Assembly: GCA_977862235.1 (NCBI GenBank)
Contig: OZ374558.1
Location: 496,001 to 560,000, forward strand
Reading direction: 5' to 3'
Length of the DNA stretch: 64,000 nt
Source of the DNA: Dudresnaya verticillata
Taxonomy: Eukaryota
Shown here: positions 49,462 to 62,095 of the stretch, in pieces
Numbering within the stretch: the first letter of the stretch is position 1
How the letters are laid out: each line of letters opens with the position of its first letter
Notes under the pieces: generated by a model
Told to the model about the DNA's origin: nothing
The model's database searches: none
The model's input: the letters and a program-made list of their open reading frames with translations, nothing else
Position numbers and translations under genes: made by a program

Positions 49462-52400
49462 GGGCGTCCCCGTCTCCTCAATGCGACGTGATACGCCCAC
49501 CAGCACGGGCTTTGCCGGACTGTCAGTCCGCCACCATTACGGAGTACCCCCTTGATTTTTTTCCAGAAATCCCCCTTGAATTTCCACCATCCGGTGATTC
49601 TGTCTGTGTTCTACAACGGCAGAATTATAAAATCCAGATTACCGTTGGAAGGAGTAATGACCTCGTTACCTCTCATCACCGTATTGGATTCTGGTGCTGG
49701 GCCAAATCTCATTAACGCCAGACGGCTTCCACGCCACTGGTTGTCTTTGATTCGCCCCGCTGCCAGTCCACCTTTACGGGATGCGTCCAATAGGTCGATA
49801 CGCCCGCTTGGTGTCATTCAACGTTTTGTCCGTATCGGAGAATTGCGTACTCGAGTCCACTTCCTGGTGGTCGCGAACCTCGCTGCTCCGTGTATTCTGG
49901 GAACCAGTCTTATTGATCGCCATGTTAAAGCGATCCTCCCACCGGCAGGGAAAGTTGTTTTTCATCACCACTCCCCGGTTTCGCTAATGGGACAAACCAG
50001 ACACTCCACAACGGTGGCTGCTTCTACTCTTCAGGGCCCCCTGTGTCATCCGCTTCGGTATCGCAAAAGCTCCGACTAGCAAAATCCCTTATTATCCCCC
50101 CTATGACCCAATCCCTTGCATTGGTCACCACTCCTACCCGTGGTTTGTGTTTTCTTCAAAACCATCCCAAACCCATCCATAAGCACCTCACCCTCATGGC
50201 TAACGGAGTTATGGATATAATCCCTAACAAACCCTTTACGGTGTGGCTGACTAATTTTTCCCCCAAACCGGTGCGGTTACCCACATCTACCGTCCTGGGC
50301 CTCGCTACTGCTGCTCCCTCTGCCATACTCACCGTTAACGGTGTACCTCCATTTAAGGAGGGGGGAGGACATATTAATTCCTTTCCTACTCCTCCTAATG
50401 AAAGCAGCAAGGCTACACCCCAAGATGGATTCAAAGGAAACACCGTATCGGAATCAACTACAACCCCTGACACCGTTTGGAAGGATAACATCCATATTGG
50501 TGCCAAGGATGAAAAACTCCGCGCTAAGGTGGTTACACTCCTCGAGGAGTTCAGCACTATGTGGAACGGCGAGTTAGGAAATATAACTGCCGCGAAACAC
50601 CGTATTGAATTAATGCCTGGTGCCAAACCGGTGTATCAAGCACCATATCGGGCGGGACATAAACAGCGCGAGCTGGAGAAGGCAGAAGTGGATCGTATGT
50701 TGTCCGCTAACGTGATCGAGCCATCCGCTTCGGAGTGTGCCAGCCCTGTGGTCTTTGTTCCTAAAAAAGACGGCTCCATGCGGTTTTGTGTCGATTACAC
50801 GCGTCTTAACGCTGTCACCGTTCGGGATTCATACCCTTTACCCCGGATGGATGAATGTATCGACTCCCTTGGAGAAGCTACAGTATTCACCACTCTGGAT
50901 TGTAATAGTGGCTACTGGCACGTAGAGATCCCCGAGGAGGAGCGTGACAAAACTACCTTCACCAGTCATTATGGATTATACCGCTTCCGGAGAATGCTTT
51001 TTGGGCTCAAAAACGCACCGGCTACTTTCCAACGGGCGGTTGACATCATCCTATCTACGGTGAAATGGCAATTTGCCTTAGTCTACCTGGATGATGTGAT
51101 TGTATATTCTAACACCGTCACGGAGCACTTCGAACACCTTAAGGAGGTCCTCAGGCTACTCCATTCCGCAGGTGTAACTCTGAAAGTATCAAAGTGTGCC
51201 TTCTTCGACACTTCCGTACAGTATCTGGGCCACATAGTGCGCCCGGGCCAACTGGAAGTGGAACGGAAGAATATTCTCGCCGTTAAGGAGGCTAAGCCAC
51301 CTACAAACCAAACGGAGTTGCTCTCTTTTCTAGGCTTATGTAACGTCTATCGACGCTTCGTTCCCAATTTCGCTCGCATTGCTTCGCCACTCAATAAGAA
51401 AACCGGCAAGGGACTGGTAATCGAGTTTGGAACTCTCACCGAAACGGCGTTTAACGCCTTTGAGGAGTTAAAGAGACACCTAATCTCTCCTCCAATATTG
51501 GCTTTACCCCGCCATGGTTTCAATTACACGTTGGATACTGACGCTTGTGATTACCAAGTTGGGTGTGTCTTTCTCCAGGAGCAACCTAGTGGAGATAATC
51601 TACCAGTGGGTTACTGGAGCCGAAGCCTAACCGATGCGGAGAAGAATTACACAACCACTGAAAAGGAGTGCCTTGCTGTAGTTTGGAGTATGCTAACGCT
51701 ACGCCCCTACCTTTGTGGTGAAAAGTTTATACTCCGTACGGATCACGACGCATTAGGCTGGATATTGAGTTTAGCCGATGCGTCTGGACGCTTAGCAAGA
51801 TGGCGCCTACGCCTATCGGAATTTGAGTTCGAAGTACAATACCGCCCTGGTATCAAGCACCAACTCGCAGACGGTATGTCAAGACTCCGAACAGGTGGTG
51901 CTGACAAAGCTGAATTGGATGAAGAAGTGCCTTGATTCGTTATGGAATCGACTCCTAATGGTGTAGTGCAACATGGTGTGCGACTAACCAATTGGAAACA
52001 GACTCAGCAGCCTGATGCCGCAAGCAGCCTTGTCCTAGGCGTTGAAAGTGGAGACACCGAAACGGATACTACGCCTGAAAAGGATACAGTGCCACACACT
52101 CCACTCTGGTAAACGGTCATCCAACAAGAGGATATGCGCAATGAGACCCTTACCCGTGAGGCGTTCATAGGCGCGCAAACAACAGATACTTTCTGCGAGC
52201 TTAAAGCCGAATCGGTGGGATTCCCTGGATCACAATTTGACTACGACCGACATGGGTTTCTTGTGCGCAAGTCTGTCCTCGACGGCGCACTCCAAAAGGT
52301 GGTACCGCAACAGATGCGCGGCAGGGTCCTGTATCTTGCCCACTACACCTTGATGTCGGGACACCCTGGTGGAATTAAGATGTACTACACCTTACGGAGA

Positions 52401-53857
52401 GACTACTATTGGCCACATATGGCTAACGATGTATTCGAGACCGTTCGGAGTTGCCGCTCATGTGTCAAAACCAAGGGCACGCGGTTTAGGAATCAGAAGT
52501 TCATGAAGCTATTCCCCGCGAGTGGCCCACTGGAGTTTGTCGCTACGGACATATTGGGCCCCCTGCCGAAAACCAAACGGGGATATGTCTTTGTACTGAT
52601 CATCACCGATCGGTTTTCTAAGCTAACACGGTGCATTCCTCTACGGACGATTACAGCCATCGTGGTGGCGAACGCATTTTTAGACCATTGGGTGTATAGG
52701 TATGGAGCACCTAAATTTGTACTCACCGACAATAGAAGACAGTTCACAGCGAAGTTTTTCGACGCTGTCTGTGCCCTACTTGGAGTGCGGCATTTGCTGA
52801 CCGCTGCCTACCACCCGCAAACCAACGGGCAAGCCGAGCGGTTTAACAAAACCATCGCGCAGCGCCTCCGAAACTATGTCGAGGATCACCACACCGATTG
52901 GGATTTATACCTACAGCCGTTGACCTACTCCTATAATATGCAGTACACCGGATTACGGATACTACTCCTTTTGACTTGGTGTTAACTCGACACCCATCGG
53001 ATATTATTGTGCGTGGCACCCCTGTGGAGTAGGAAGAAACCTTTACGGAGGGGCGTATGACGCCCGTACTCCAAAAACGGGGAACCATGCGGCGTTTGCG
53101 TTATGCCCTACAGAAGGCGCAGACTAAACAGACTACAGCCCAGTTGAAGTCCAAGGCCCTATTCGACCGTAAGGTGCGTTTCCGACCGGTGGTTCGCGGT
53201 GGCGATCAAGTCTATGTAGCTCGCCCGCTGCGTAGTCTACGGCCCACCGAACGGAAGGAACGCGACCGATTGGGTCAAGGCCCTGACCACGTCGGTGAAT
53301 TTGCGGAGCAAATGAAGAAGCTCCTCCCAAGATCGACGGGCCCCTACGAGGTACACACCGCAACGGATACCGTAGTCACTATCAAGAAAGATGGCGTCCT
53401 GATTCCCATCAGCATCGATCGCATCACTAAGGTACCAATTGGAGTTCCCGTGCAACCGGCGCCGCTATTGGCTCCGCCGGTTACGCCACACACCGACATG
53501 GACGGTACAGTATCCCAGCAGGCGGGAGGCACCACAGTAGTACCCCAAACACCAGGTGGTATTACTGTAACGCCCCAAACGCCAGGCGGTATTTCTGTCC
53601 CCGGGCCGGAGACAATTGATCCCGACACGGAGTATGTCATCGAGCAGATCGTGGGACACCGCGAAGAACCCACGGGCCTGACCTACAAGGTGCGTTGGTA
53701 CGGCTACCCACCAGACCAGGACACGTATGAACCCGCTGAGGAGTTGCCACAGAACTTTATTCACCGCTATTGGAGTCGCAAACGCCCTCCCGCAGCATCT
53801 GCGCGGCGTCGGCGGGAACTGACGCGAGTCACACACACCGAACCGGAATTGGGATAG
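49437..53857 (+). pseudogene. pol: Pol of element I: PR, RT, RNase H, integrase, chromodomain (disrupted)
   Basis: LDSGAGPNLI, YPLPRMDE, YLDD, TDAC, HPG..CRSC, YHPQTNGQAERFN, YVIEQIVGH..YKVRWYGYPPDQDTYEP. Confidence 0.95.
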
Positions 53858-54554
53858 CGGACCGCTCCTGTTGTACGTCCCTAATACGACGTACGAAACG
53901 TGCCCTGAGTGGTTTCCCCAGCGGAATGACCCTGGAGACCATTTCCGGCGGGACGCCAAGGTCGTGTGCACCGTTTCGGTAATGTGGGGTCTATCGTGTC
54001 ACAAACACCGGTATTGGAGTGGGAAGTGTGTCGGGGCAACTGCTACGTGACATCGGCATATCACCACGCGCTTTGCCCGCCATTTCCGCCTCGATGGTGT
54101 TGCATGCCGCAAAATTCGGCATGACCCCTGGACTCACGGTCACCGAGCCCTTGCCAAAGGGGCTTCACTCCATATTGGTATGCTCTTCCATGGTGCCAAA
54201 CTGGTACCAGCCCGGTTCCCCCGCTGCTTATGCAATTTGGGGCATTGCGCTGCAAACACCGACATGGGAGTGGAAGCTTGCGGTCGCGTGCGCACGCTGG
54301 CTCCAAAACAGGTGTACTGTCACGTTCCGGCTTGCTGCATCGGGCGCGCCGCCACTTTCTTGGAGTATAGAGCCCTGGCGACTAGCTCCGGACAGTTACC
54401 ACGGCCGCATACACCGTTCTGGTATCGAGGGAGACGATACCCGGAAGTTTCCGCGTCTCGGGGACTGTGCGCGTACCCTTCCGGAGTCCGATTCCGGTCT
54501 ACCGCCGTCGCTTCAAGCACAGTTTTTTCGGATTTTCACACCACCGGAGCTCGG

Positions 54555-54650
54555 GTTAATATATTAATGTTGACATTAATTTAATGTCTTTCTTAACATT
54601 AATATATTAATGTTAATATATTAATGTTAATATATTAACATTAATATATT
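54555..54650. repeat. AT-rich palindromic/tandem tract (TAATATATTAATGT-like units)
   Basis: Directly visible, with sharp edges in a GC-balanced context. Confidence 0.85.
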
Positions 54651-55300
54651 CCGCCGGAACGGTGCTGCCCGTGCAAGAAGGGCCGCGTACAAGAGTCGGA
54701 AAGGAACAAGCTTTAGGCTTCGCACACGATGTCGTTGGGATGTTGTGACACCGTTTCACGCCACATGTGAGCAATTAACGAAAAATCGGGCATAGCTTCC
54801 CCCATGTTGTCAACAGCCATTGCATGGCACACCGTATTGGAGTATGTTTCGGTACCGGCTCCGCCAAAGGACCACGGGCGTCTCTGGAATATGTTTCGCT
54901 CAAACGCCGTGATGGTTTGTGTGCTGCGTCCACGCCGCGACACTGGGTAGAAGTGAAGTGGAGCGGGAGACCAAGTTCAAATTTCGGCATGGTTTCCTCC
55001 TACCGTTAACGGCCACTACAGCGCACTCCGCAAGGGATTATTTGCGAATCCGATTGGAGTCCTTCGGTCATTGACCGCGAACCACCTGGTGGACCCGCAC
55101 TCCATGTTGGTGTGATAGACTTTGGCTTTGGGTATACGCGCGAGGTAGATTTTTCCGAAACGGGGATGCCACGGTGACCACACCCGATCACAGCAGCCTG
55201 TTACGAAGCCGTTACGGTGTGAATGGAACGAAACCAATACGGTCTGGACGAAAACCGAAGCGGGCGCACAAGGACGTGTCGCCATTTAAGGAGGGGGGTC

Positions 55301-55974
55301 TGTGGTGAAGCGGCCGTTTCGGAGTGCGGACGACGGTTGAGCCGACCCGCGCCCGACGCAGTGGTGAGCTGGCGCCAAAAGCCGAAACGGAGTGCAGCGA
55401 CACAGTAGCACTGTACGCCTTGCTGGAGTCTGCGCGCACCACCAATAGGAGTCAAGAAGTTGATTTATTTGTAATTAGGTAATTATAATCATGCTGTACA
55501 GTACGTAGTGTCAGCCGGCCAATAAGAATGCCGAGCATGTCCGCAACGGTGACCGGGACCAGTAGGGCTGGACCCACCTGGTGGACCAGACCCATTGGGG
55601 TCTGGTACACACGGACCGGACCGCGGGGCGTATCTCCCAGTATATTAATGGGTGGCCACCGCGAGTCCTACAGTAAACGGGTACGCAACCCTGGGCAAAG
55701 TGACTTACCGTAAGCCTTACCCTCATACTCCTTTACGGTTTCCCCTCGCCAGCCCCGTGCACGGATTCCTCTTACCTCCGCCCCGGTGTAGCTGCCCTGG
55801 CACTGTACCGTCCCCTTGTCTGTTGCGTCCCTTTACTCCTTACAGGTGTTGCCGCTCGAGGTACTCCCTTCGGTCTACGAACTAAGCTCTACCACCCCGG
55901 TGCCGTGTGAGATCACTCCTTATTGGGATTGCCTGATCAGCTCTCCTTACAGGTGTGCCTTTCACTTCACCACA
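55301..55974 (+). repeat. 3' LTR of element I
   Basis: Direct repeat of 46048-46721, after the PPT. Confidence 0.95.
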
Positions 55975-57387
55975 TAAACTACTGGGCGTCGCCCAACGAG
56001 TCTAAGCACTCGTCCATTCGCGGGAGAGGGTAAGCATCCTTGATAGTTATCGCGTTAAGCTTTCTGTGATCAACACAGAAACGGAGGGATCCGTCTTGCT
56101 TCTTCACCAGTACCACTGGACTTGCGAATTCAGAGCGCGCTGGCTCTATGACCCCTTCCTTCAACATCTTGTCAACTTCATCTTGCTCCGCCTGTCGCGC
56201 CTTTGGTCCAGACCGATATGGTTGTGCAAATACGGGTTTTGCGCCGTCTGTGAGATCGATGCGATGCTCCGTGACCTTTATGGTCCCGAGCTTCCCGCTC
56301 CACATATCTGCGGAGGGTCGCAACATCTTGCGCACGAGACGTCTTTCCGACGTAGAGAGGTGTTCCAACGCTAAGTCATCGACTGTTAGCTTCTCAGCCA
56401 CAGTTGTAACGCCCGGTTTGGAATTGGTCACGCCAAGAGAAGCAGCAAGCCCTGCCCCCTTACATCGAAGATGTAAGGATGTCTCCGTTGCAGGATTCGT
56501 GTCCATTGGTTGTGAAGCTTTATCCTCGGAGACGTCGTCGAGGGAAGCCGAATATGCAGGAGTTGTAGTGGGAGCTGGAACTGCGCGACCAATCACTTGG
56601 TGCTTGTTCAACCGCTGTGTGCGAGAAGAAAAGTTGGCAACCTTGACCCGGAAAAGAACATTCTCTTGGAGTTTGACGATGCCATTCGTGACGATCACTT
56701 GTTGACGGTCGTATAGACGTTGAAATGAATATAGGAAGTGCGTTTCTTTGGCCGTGCACGTGACGGCAACCCAGGTTTCTGAACCGGGTAGTAAGTTAGT
56801 TGTTTGAGCAACTCTCACGAGTCGCGAGTTAGGTAGGGGAGGGACCTCCATGGGCTCGCCAGAGTTCGTGGCTCTCGGGATACCGCACCGACGTCGTAGA
56901 ATCGGGTGTACCGAACCATCCCGTAGCGCGATGTGTTGCTTGCGTACATGCAACGCTTCGACTTGGGTATCGATAATGGTACATCCTAAGATCATGTCAA
57001 CGGCTAATGCCTTGACTACGACGAACGGTTGTCGTACCGTGTAGGAGCCAATTCTGGCGGTCAGGGAGATCATTCCCATAGTTGTTAAGCGGTGACTTGA
57101 CGCGGATGTCAAATTCACGATCGATCGAGTCGAAGATATCTTCTTCCGTTCTTCCAAAGAGAGACGTCGGCTCGGATGAGATTTGGACCCGCCCCAGTGT
57201 CCAATACTGAGAGCAATTGAGTAAGTTTTTCAACAGAAGTCCCCACGGACGCGACAACTTTATATTTGTATCTCGAAAGAGAGCAAACTGGGTCCTTAAC
57301 ATACTCATGATATTTATACCCGGGAGGTAGGCCCACGGAGCGTTCTAAAATATTCTTTGGAAGAGGAGGCGGGGTTTCCCGCGACAC
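55975..57387 (-). pseudogene. pol: Pol of element C, 5' part: protease and RT N-terminus
   Basis: LDTGAGPNLI; DMILG; SPVVLVKKQDGSLRFCVD..YPLPRMDECLDSL. Confidence 0.9.
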
Positions 57388-57489
57388 CGATCGGTTGGTA
57401 GAGGAGAAGCTTAAGAAGTCACATTCCTCTGAACGATCGAGGGGTTCCGATACGACTGTGGTTGCCCAGTGAACCGAAACCGGTTCCCC

Positions 57490-60283
57490 TAGCTAGTTTT
57501 TGCCCTGCTAGTAGGCGACCGCGGAAGCCGTGGAGGCGGCGGAAGGGTTCGTGACCCTGGTCTTGGAGAGCGTGGCGCCGACGGCGGATGTCTGGGAGTT
57601 TCAACCCGGTGATTAAGTCCCGCTTGAAATTGGACATGTCCGTTCCTGCCTGGGGTTGACCCCAAAATTTTGATGCCTGCCTGGCGGCGGCCCACTGGCC
57701 CGTCCTGACGATGCGTAGTCGCGGTGGTCCCCACGGGTATCTCCGTTTGCGAACTCGGGTAGGCGCCCTATGGTGGCTAACCATGTCTTTTGCTCGCGCG
57801 ACAGGTGATAAAACTGTCGTCGTTTTAGCGCCTCAAATGACGGTTCATCCGTGCGAGCCAGATATGGGCAATTCGGTTTTTTGTGGCCCACGCCATAGCA
57901 CTCGAAACAAATGTCATTGGATGCATCTTCGACTGTTACCCACCCAGGACGCTGAGTCCTTGTTGGTTGTGCCCATCCAGACAGTCGGTGGTTGTAGTTC
58001 TGTAGAACCGCTTCCACTTTACCCTAGTATGGTTGGTCACTGGGTGCCCCAGACCACGAGTCTGATTGGGTTACCGTGGATGGAGGCGCTTCGTGGTCGA
58101 TGGCAGCCACTACAGCGTCCTCGCTATCCGCTTCAGAGCTACTGCTCTTTGATGAATCGGAATCCGAGGACATCTGCGTCCTATTCTATCGAATGAGAAG
58201 AGCTCTACCAGACTTGTGCGTCTTCACCCTGGAAAGGGTTTTCCGGAGTAGCGTTGAGCTCACCTTCTTGGAGCGTCCACCACCCACGAGGGCTCGGTGG
58301 GAATCTCCCTGAGCCGTTGCGAGCTCAACGTAGTCCGCCAGTCGCGCCGTGCGAGGGTCCAGTGATGACGTACTTAAAAGCGGTTTGACCGCAGGTAGTA
58401 AACCTCGTATAAAACATGTGATCAGGTCTTGCTCTGAGTAAAAACCTGCGACCTTTCGCGCTTTGTTCTGCAAACGTCTTGAAAACGTAACCTCCTCCTC
58501 ATCAGACTCCTGAATCATTGTGTCCATTCAGAAGAACTCTTCTCGATGTAGACGTCCTTTGCGTAAGTACGCAGGACGCAATTAATGGCTTCCGGCCACT
58601 CATTGAAACCACCATTGTCGTCGCCTGCGGCATCGAAATTGGCTTCGAACATGTACTTAGCGCCTTTTCCAAAACCTCTGGGATAACCAGAATGGCAGCG
58701 CCTTCATTGACTTGGGTTTGATCCAGCTGTCGTTTCAACGTGGCCAGAAAGCCAATTATGGAAACTGGGTCACTCCCATCAAAGCGGCGACTCCTCATTA
58801 CGGATATAACCCGTTTAATCTTCTTGGACGTGGCTTCCGTTACTTCCGGTCCTCGATATGAATCGACATTCAACAACCGATAGCGTCGGTACGAAAGAAC
58901 CTGTACAAAGGCAGGGTTTCGTGGAGCCAACTCCTTGCGTCCTGTCCGACGTGGGCCTCTCCAAGAGCTCCAGGACGGTCGGGAAAGACCTCGCCAGGTG
59001 GGTTCATCTTCATCCGAGTGTTTCGAAGCGGGGTAGGAATTACTTCGGCGTTGATCTTCAGCCTTGCGGCTTGCGTACCGGTCTTGACGTGTGTCAATTC
59101 GGCTGCGGCACACGTTGGAACCGTGGATCGCCCGGCAATCACACCGAGGGTGTTCCGTCCTCTCACGACCAAAGTCGTCATTTCCAGACTCCCCTCCTGA
59201 GTTACGTCGCGGAGACGTCTTGTGACGGTCCCTAGTGCCTCGAGACACAGGGGAGCGTCGTAGTTCGACTTCAGGGATTAAATCCCTTTCAAGATTAAGT
59301 CGCCTCACCTTTGCTTCTAGCAACGCGGCCTTCCGTCTTTCTCCATTGAGATCTTTGCATAAGAGCTCGATGGCTCGATCTTGTTCGACACACCTTGTGT
59401 CGTCCACGTTCCATTGAACGTCTTGTATAGCCATTACAGCTTCTGTTCTTGTTAGGTCGGTGACCTTGTTGAGCGCATGTAGTTCCTCGTGGACGGTATC
59501 CAATTGGTCCCCGAGGGAATCCACTTGCGCCTGCAGGGTTTCGACCCTTTCTTCGTCTAATCCTCTGGGAGGACCTGGTCGACCTCGAGATTCAATCTCT
59601 TGCTGACACCTCGCCAGGAGGCGATCATCACGGCGCGCTGATGCCTCATCAATGTACCTCTTGACTTTTAGAAAGGTATCATCGGCTTGGCTTTCCAACA
59701 GTGCCACGACGCTAGTCGTTAAGGATCTCTCGATACCTAATTCGACCATTCGTGCAATCTCACGCTCCGTGAAACAGAGGATATCAGATGAATGATACTT
59801 CGTTCGAATTGGCAATCCTTCGTCCGGAGTTGCCGGAGTTTCTTCTTCCTGGGCTCGTCCGCCCAAAACTTGAACACTGGCTAACGCCAGGGGCGGCAGT
59901 ATCATTCTACGGCCTGAAACTTCATTCTCCCCGATGTCAGCGGGGACTTCTCCAACGGTTCGGACCGTGTTTTCTCCGTCAGGGACCTGATCCCTACCAG
60001 GACCAGGTGGTTCTTCTTCGGCTGGGACGCCGGTCATTTGGGGCTGGCGTACCGGCCCTTCCGTTGCCGGATTGTTTACAAGAGCGGTTACGACCGCACG
60101 GGTGCGGGCGCCCCTCGTTCTTACTGAGTCAAGACTGCCTGTACGACTCGCGCCTCGGCTAGATAAGCCGGGGCGCGTTGTATCGCTATTAGATGTAGGT
60201 ATCTTGACTTCAGAAGGACCTGTATCGTCGGTCTGATGACGTTCTTCTCGGTTCAGCCGACGTGGTAGCGGGGACTTCTTCAC
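57490..60283 (-). pseudogene. gag: Gag of element C (fragmented; ends approximate)
   Basis: ORFs 58502-60283 (coiled-coil-like stretch, FDGSDPVSIIGFL), 58186-58527 and 57613-58017 (CFECYGVGHKKPNC knuckle). Confidence 0.85.
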
Positions 60284-60636
60284 AGGCTCCTCGACGGTAG
60301 AAACCGTATTATACGCGTGTTTTCTCAGGATGCACGGAAAACCTATTGAGGTAGTCTCACTCCGGGCGTCACTCCGCCGTGAGAGGGTACTTCTAAAAAC
60401 GGATAAAACCGTGAAACGAACTTGTGCTTGCTCACAGATTTGACGCTATTCTGGAGCTTAACGTGAAGCGTAGAAACCGTCGACAGTAAGACGACTAGGG
60501 TTTTGCCCTTCGAGCGGTTGGAACCTTGAAAATAAACGGAAACTCCGTCCTGTTTTGACTTCTTGATTCGGCCAGTCAATGGCAAGGTAGAAAATGGGTC
60601 CAACCCTGAAAACTATGTTCTAGGTCGGGAGACCAC

Positions 60637-61259
60637 TGTAGTAGAATTGCCCTCGGCCAGGTAGTCGGCGATAAAACGGGGCGACAGCTTTCCTAGGGAC
60701 AAACACTCACGGTGGGCGGTAGCTCAAAGGAAAAGGGAAAAGGGGTGTGGTAGAGACTTGTAGTGGGTGTAATACCAAGAAAAAAAGAAAAGGGAAAACC
60801 AACCCTACAGCGTAGAGCACTCGTCGTACACGATAGAGCTTGTAGACGCCCAAGGCAAGGTAACAACGGTGGCACCGTAGGAAGACCAGAACATGAGTAC
60901 AGCCCAAATTACACACCGCTGCCGGCTTAGTCCGGGGCCCCTGCTACTCAGGGGCCCAATAAATACGGCGGGAAGCCGGAAATGCTACCCACTCTAAGTT
61001 ATAGTTATAATACTGACAGTTACCGAATACTGTACACTAATGGTGGATTACAATCCAATGATAGAAATGAGTGGTAGTACCACTACGAGGTACAGGCGCG
61101 CTGCTGTCTGGCGCGCAATGCCAAAAATATGAGTGACCATGATTAATCAACCAATGGGACTCGGCCATCTCAACCATCGCACCCTCGGGCGCCCCTCGCC
61201 TTACAGGCGTTGTTTGTACACGTGTGTGCTTACAGCGCTCGGGCGCTTATTATTCCACA
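60637..61259 (-). repeat. 5' LTR of element C
   Basis: Direct repeat of 38186-38808; adjacent PBS at 60618-60635. Confidence 0.95.
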
Positions 61260-61264
61260 CACAA

Positions 61265-61665
61265 GTTCCCGCGCGCCACGCGCGTCGCTGTAGACCGCTT
61301 CATAGCGATAGTATATTAGGTAACCCGTCTGGGACGTTGAGTAAATCCCGGCAAGCTGGCCTCGGACCTGAAACCCCTTCACTAGTGCGTATTCCCCGTT
61401 ACCAACGAAGGCAACTGCGCAGCTTCGCCCGCGCTTCCGCGTCCGGTTATGCCCTTGACGCGTCTCTCTCCCTTTCTCTGTCCGTTCTCCCTTTCCTTCT
61501 CTTTCTCTCTCCTTTCTGTGGCTTTGTTCCACTTGTACCGCCCAGGGCGTCCAATGTCGGTCCTCGGCGGTTATCTACGCTCTACCCTACCCTCGCTACT
61601 AGCGCGCTACCACCGGGTCGGAACTACCCGGAGGTGGTACTTGTCGCTAGAGTGTTTGCACCACA
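61265..61665 (+). repeat. 3' LTR of element B, right half
   Basis: Continues the B LTR (GTTCCCGCGCGCC...) and ends TGCACCACA. Confidence 0.85.
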
Positions 61666-62095
61666 AGATACAGAGTCAGGAAGTGGTCCTAATTCACCGG
61701 ACCAATTCGGTAAAATTAAATGTGAGAGCTTACGAAGCTCAACTATTCCCATGCCAAATATGGAGCTCCATCATCAAGTAGTGGATTAGGAAGACGGCAA
61801 AGAGTTTCAGAAACAGAGCCATTATTCAGAGTTACCATTCTGAAATGTACTGTCTTAGTCTCAGCAGGGGTATTGCCGGTTTCAACCTGAGGTTGTTTCA
61901 CATCGGTGGATTTGTTTATTGGACATTCCGGATCGATAGACCAGTGCCCTTTTTTCTTACATGCACGACACGTAGACTTCTTCTTGACTTCAATAATTTC
62001 TGATGGAGTCATATCAGCAATCGTTTTTCGACGAGGCGACTTCGTAGATTGCAAGTCCACTGTCCCCCCTTTCTTACTCAACATACTTGACGAAA
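61666..62095 (-). pseudogene. Copia (D-like) gag knuckle-protease fragment
   Basis: CRACKKKGHWSIDPEC and LLDDGAPY parallel CCECKEKGHWAGDAVC and LIYDGAPY in element D. Confidence 0.8.

Larger units (their letters stand above)
46048..55974 (+). mobile_element. Ty3/Gypsy chromodomain-bearing LTR retrotransposon 'I', full length, relative of A
   Basis: 674-bp LTRs at 46048-46721 and 55301-55974. TSD TAAAA/TAAAC (excision restores AQYFTTLD in C). PBS 46728-46745, PPT 55288-55300. Confidence 0.95.
38186..61259 (-). mobile_element. Ty3/Gypsy chromodomain-bearing LTR retrotransposon 'C', full length, degenerate; hosts element I
   Basis: 623-bp LTRs at 38186-38808 and 60637-61259. TSD CACAA at 38181-38185 and 61260-61264. 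PBS 60618-60635, PPT 38809-38821. Confidence 0.95.
33142..61665 (+). mobile_element. Non-autonomous LTR element 'B' (no gag/pol; antisense ORF only); 3' LTR split by element C
   Basis: 5' LTR 33142-34044, PBS 34047-34064, PPT 37663-37674, 3' LTR 37675-38185 + 61265-61665. No matching TSD. Confidence 0.8.

Noticed and set aside
54019..54567. 182-aa sense ORF after I pol
   Set aside because: Non-ATG start, no motifs, and no homologue in sister element A.
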